32,000 nucleotides of DNA from an uncultured Bacillota bacterium (lineage in GTDB: Bacteria; Bacillota; Clostridia; Caldicoprobacterales; Xylanivirgaceae): contig CALKWW010000024.1 in the NCBI GenBank assembly GCA_938003945.1, positions 68,796 to 100,795 of the forward strand, read 5' to 3'. The position numbers and the translations under genes are program-made. Position 1 is the stretch's first letter, and each line of letters begins with the position of its first letter. This document shows positions 27,255 through 32,000 of the stretch, in pieces. The notes under the pieces are model-generated. The model made no database searches, was not told where the DNA came from, and saw only the letters and a list, made by a program, of their open reading frames with translations.

Positions 27255-27626
27255 TAGTAGCACTCCTTTTATTATTCTACTTTAGCTAGATTTACTTTAT
27301 ATACAGTATACTATATATACTTATATATTCAATGTATACTAAGTAACTTTTTTGTTTCAAGGTTTATAATAATGGAAATGACATAGAACTGTAGGTTTTT
27401 ACCTCGATATTATCCAGCTTTACTAGAGGAGTACAGGGGGCATAGGTGTATAAAGTTATGAGATTTTATAGATGGATAGCATATAAAATTTACAATATAG
27501 TATTTATAATAATATAAAAAAAAAGTCCACGCTTTTATATAGTATATTTTTGAGATTTGTCTTTTAAAATATGAGTTTTTTGGTAGAATATATGTGAGAT
27601 AAATATAGTAATAGGAGTAGAATATT

Positions 27627-28580
27627 ATGAATATAGGAGATGTGAAGATAGACAATAATCTTTTTTTGGCGCCTATGGCAGGTATAACTGACCTTCCCTT
27701 TAGGCTTCTATGTAAGGAGCAGGGGTGTGGTCTGGTATATACGGAGATGATAAGTGCTAAAGGACTATATTATAACAATCAACGCACGTATGAACTATTG
27801 AAAATACATGATAAAGAACATCCAATAGGAGTACAATTATTTGGGTCTGAGCCTAAGATAATGGGAAAGATGGCAGAAGAAGTTTCCAAAAGTGGCGTAG
27901 ACTTAATAGATATAAATATGGGTTGTCCTGCGCCTAAGATTGTAAAAAATGGCGAGGGGTGTGCTCTTATGAAGGATCCAGATAGAGCAAAGACCATAAT
28001 AGAGGCGGTAACAAGGGCTACTACAAAACCAGTTACAATAAAGATGAGAAAGGGATGGGACGAGAAAAACACAAATGCAATATATATTGCAAAGATTGCG
28101 CAGGAGGCAGGGGCATCAGCCATTACTGTTCATGGTAGGACAAGGGAAGATTTTTATAGTGGGCAAGCGGATTGGGATATTATAAAAAAGGTTAAAGAAT
28201 CTGTGAATATACCAGTAATAGGTAATGGTGATATATTTACTCCCCACGATGCAAAGAGAATGTTAGATTATACAGGTTGTGATGCTATTATGATAGGGAG
28301 AGGAGCCCAGGGAGATCCCTGGATATTCAAGAGGACTCTTCATTACTTGGAGACAGGAGAACTTTTACCCCATCCAACATGTGAAGAGAGGGTAGAGATG
28401 GCAATTAGGCATATGGATATGGCAATGACAATAAAGGATGAACGAATAGTTATTCCACAGATGAGGAAACATATCGGTTGGTATTTAAAGGGGATGGAAG
28501 GTGCAACTAATATACGTGCTCTTGTAAATAGAATGGATAGTGCCGATGAGATTAAGGAACTACTTTACTCTATTATTTAA
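27627..28580 (+). CDS. dusB: tRNA-dihydrouridine synthase
   Basis: 317 aa. Motifs seen: LAPMAGITDLPFR, DINMGCPAPK, VHGRTR, GNGDI, MIGRGA. RBS AGGAG. Confidence 0.93.
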   Translation: MNIGDVKIDNNLFLAPMAGITDLPFRLLCKEQGCGLVYTEMISAKGLYYNNQRTYELLKIHDKEHPIGVQLFGSEPKIMGKMAEEVSKSGVDLIDINMGCPAPKIVKNGEGCALMKDPDRAKTIIEAVTRATTKPVTIKMRKGWDEKNTNAIYIAKIAQEAGASAITVHGRTREDFYSGQADWDIIKKVKESVNIPVIGNGDIFTPHDAKRMLDYTGCDAIMIGRGAQGDPWIFKRTLHYLETGELLPHPTCEERVEMAIRHMDMAMTIKDERIVIPQMRKHIGWYLKGMEGATNIRALVNRMDSADEIKELLYSII

Positions 28581-28701
28581 GTATGTATAACATGGGATGA
28601 TATTACATATATTGTTCTAGAAGAACTCATAAATAATATTATAAGCATTATCTTATCTCAAAGGAATCATACGATCATTGTATATATACTGGAGCTAAAT
28701 T

Positions 28702-28774
28702 TTTGGTAGAGTGGGTACTATAAGGTTGGATATTTGGTAGAGAGACTAGACAGCAAAGGTGACTATTTGGATAG
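28702..28774. repeat. cluster of TTTGG(T/A)(A/T)AG motifs upstream of the 346-aa unknown gene
   Basis: TTTGGTAGAG is exact at 28702-28711 and 28733-28742. TTTGGATAG is at 28766-28774, and TTGGATA at 28726-28732. Spacing between the main copies is 31-33 nt. Confidence 0.55.
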
Positions 28775-28816
28775 GATGGAGTCTTTAATGTAAACTTTCG
28801 ATATGGAGGGATTATA

Positions 28817-29857
28817 TTGGAGCGGTTTGCGTTTATCACATTTCCAGACAGTGGAGAGGGTATAATCAGCAGGCATAAAATCCTAAATAAATTTCCTCAA
28901 AAAATCGCAAAGGTATGTACTTGTATAAAAGGGCCAACAAGGATAGATGTGGTAACGGATAAGAAGAGCCAGATAGAATTAGGTTATATCTACAATATAC
29001 CTACTATACACTATAGGGATGGACATTTTATATTTGATGATAGAGAAAGGCAGATCAAACTACTTATAAGAGAACTTTCTAAATCAGAGATAGAGTTGGT
29101 ATCGGCACCATTTATATCAGACATATTTGAAGAAGGAGATATACAAACATTTAGTGATAGTGGCATACACCTTCTTGATTTAAATGTGTTTTATATGATA
29201 GCCCTATATGTGTCTGCAATGGAACTTTTAAAGATTCTTAGAAAGCAACTCCCATATATGGATATAGGCATATGGAGGGGGGATACACAGATAGGTGAGA
29301 CATGGATAGATATTCTCTCGCCCTATTTTAATAGTATGACGATAGGGGGATATGATAGACATAGGTTAGAGGAACTTTCCCATAGAATTTTAAGAGAGAC
29401 AGGACTTTCATGTGAAGTGACCACCGATGTGGCAAATTGTATAGTGGGAAAAGATTTAATAATACTCACTGAGAAGGTGGAAGTGAATATGGGAGAAGAT
29501 GCTATATCTCTCTTATCGTATCCAATTCCCATAAAAGGTTTAAAAGATATGGATGGAAGATTTATGTTTTGCTCAGGTATAGTGGAGCTGTGTTGCAGCC
29601 CTGTGACAGATATGGAATTGAATATTTGGGAGTATCTAGCGTTGAACCATACATTGTTCTATATTTTAAATGGAAGTTATGGTAAATTTATAGATATGGC
29701 AGGACGAGATGATAAAAACTTTAAAGATTTTTTGAATGAACACTATGTACATCCATTTTGCGTAAAGGAGTTGGTGTGTGGTTTTGAAACTATCACATAC
29801 GATAGGTTTAGAATGTTATATTTTAAAAATATTGATAGGAGGGAAAAAGTGGGTTAG
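28817..29857 (+). CDS. hypothetical protein, no recognisable family
   Basis: 346-aa ORF. TTG start with GGAGGG 6 nt upstream. Codon and amino-acid usage resembles the neighbouring genes. No TM segment or signal peptide. The middle segment DIGIWRGDTQIG...GKDLIILTE is vaguely Rossmann-like but lacks a clean GxGxxG. Confidence 0.65.
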   Translation: MERFAFITFPDSGEGIISRHKILNKFPQKIAKVCTCIKGPTRIDVVTDKKSQIELGYIYNIPTIHYRDGHFIFDDRERQIKLLIRELSKSEIELVSAPFISDIFEEGDIQTFSDSGIHLLDLNVFYMIALYVSAMELLKILRKQLPYMDIGIWRGDTQIGETWIDILSPYFNSMTIGGYDRHRLEELSHRILRETGLSCEVTTDVANCIVGKDLIILTEKVEVNMGEDAISLLSYPIPIKGLKDMDGRFMFCSGIVELCCSPVTDMELNIWEYLALNHTLFYILNGSYGKFIDMAGRDDKNFKDFLNEHYVHPFCVKELVCGFETITYDRFRMLYFKNIDRREKVG

Positions 29858-29860
29858 ATC

Positions 29861-29889
29861 TTGACATAATTAAAAAGGTATTTTATAAT
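29861..29889 (+). promoter_or_regulatory. consensus sigma-A promoter for greA(-lysS)
   Basis: TTGACA (29861-29866), exactly 17 nt, TATAAT (29884-29889). Both hexamers are perfect. Confidence 0.65.
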
Positions 29890-29918
29890 GTTAACAATAT
29901 AAATTTTGAAGCACTGCC

Positions 29919-29951
29919 AAAAACTTATTTGTGCAGTGCTTATATTGTATT
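29919..29951 (+). promoter_or_regulatory. stem-loop in the greA leader (possible attenuator or leader terminator)
   Basis: AAGCACTGC (29919-29927) pairs with GCAGTGCTT (29943-29951). The stem can extend through CAAA/TTTG with a 1-nt bulge. It is followed by the U-rich AUAUUGUAUUU and lies between the promoter and the greA RBS GGGGAG. Confidence 0.5.
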
Positions 29952-30032
29952 TGAGAATAAAATATTCGTTTTATCATATAATTATCTACATAAAATAATA
30001 AGCAAGTTACAAAATCAAAGGGGAGAAATAAA

Positions 30033-30509
30033 ATGACAAATAAAGAAATTATATTGACACCTGAAGGCGTTATGAAATTAGAGAATGAATTAATCCATTT
30101 AAAGACAGTTAGAAGACGGGAAGTAGCACAAAGAATAAAGCAAGCTCTTGCTTTTGGAGATCTCAGTGAGAATTCTGAATATGATGAAGCAAAGAATGAA
30201 CAGGCCTTTATAGAAGGACGTATTGTTTCACTAGAGAATATGCTAAAAAACGCAAAGATTATAGATGACGAAGATATAGTGACGGATATAGTAAGTGTAG
30301 GATGCACAGTTAAATTGTTAGATGTGGAATTTGATGAGATAATAGAGTATACTATTGTAGGGTCCGCTGAAGCAGATCCGTCGAAAAATAAGATATCTAA
30401 CGAATCCCCTGTAGGCAGAGCTCTTATAGGTCAGGAAGTTGATGATGAGGTTACTGTCAATGTGCCTGATGGGATAATAAAATTTAAGATATTAGAAATA
30501 AAAAAATAA
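30033..30509 (+). CDS. greA: transcription elongation factor GreA
   Basis: 158 aa. Coiled-coil N-terminus [17 protein letters not shown]...[17 protein letters not shown] with the acidic tip DxxE, and a C-terminal FKBP-like domain [12 protein letters not shown]. Confidence 0.95.
   Translation: MTNKEIILTPEGVMKLENELIHLKTVRRREVAQRIKQALAFGDLSENSEYDEAKNEQAFIEGRIVSLENMLKNAKIIDDEDIVTDIVSVGCTVKLLDVEFDEIIEYTIVGSAEADPSKNKISNESPVGRALIGQEVDDEVTVNVPDGIIKFKILEIKK

Positions 30510-32000
<1,491 letters not shown>

Noticed and set aside
16684-27626. Mobile-element or genomic-island interpretation of the coaX-dusB insert
   Set aside because: I found no integrase, transposase or recombinase genes, no flanking direct or inverted repeats, and no adjacent tRNA. 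I report it only as a synteny interruption, not as a mobile element.
27410-27655. 81-aa minus-strand ORF in the rSAM/dusB intergenic region; also a 19-codon + strand ORF at about 27459
   Set aside because: Its start lies inside the dusB coding sequence, it has no SD, and its Y/I/F/K-rich translation is typical of AT-rich spacer DNA. I considered it as a possible radical-SAM precursor peptide, but nothing supports that.
27779-28123. 114-aa minus-strand ORF inside dusB
   Set aside because: Shadow ORF antisense to a gene with clear Dus motifs.
29891-30307. 138-aa minus-strand ORF overlapping the greA leader and coding region
   Set aside because: It is antisense to greA, has a serine/phenylalanine-rich low-complexity translation and has no SD.

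Overview
AT-rich, densely coded chromosomal segment that looks like a low-GC Gram-positive, probably Clostridia-like. The clues are a SleB-type hydrolase, an ECF transporter S-component, GGAGG-type ribosome-binding sites and several TTG/GTG starts. All family calls come from motifs I recognise by eye, not from searches. I count about 26 protein genes. I saw no rRNA, tRNA, transposase, integrase, phage or cas genes. In order the window holds: a partial unknown CDS (-); a CRISPR-like triple repeat; a flavin-reductase-like protein; aroB-aroA (-); an EF-G paralogue with non-canonical GTPase motifs; KDPG aldolase (-); a SleB-like hydrolase; a GNAT (-); an alpha/beta-hydrolase plus nagA; a nitroreductase; a PD40/TolB-like lipoprotein; and birA overlapping an S58/DmpA-type peptidase, followed by a panT-like ECF S-component and coaX. 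Next comes a block of about 10.5 kb made of four separate transcription units: a membrane-anchored unknown, a heterodimeric ABC exporter pair, a 1420-aa tandem-activase/dehydratase-like fusion, and an orphan B12-binding radical SAM enzyme. The window ends with dusB, a 346-aa protein of no recognisable family, greA, and the 5' part of lysS. The ORF track misses lysS because it runs off the window end. It also misses the partial CDS at 1..158 and a 45-aa ORF. Overall this is mostly housekeeping DNA, and I do not see a clear multi-gene novel system. The items most worth a second look are the giant activase fusion and its symmetry-rich upstream region, the family-less gene wedged between dusB and greA, the degenerate CRISPR-like repeats at 285..440, the divergent EF-G paralogue, and the S58 peptidase embedded in a biotin/pantothenate salvage cluster.
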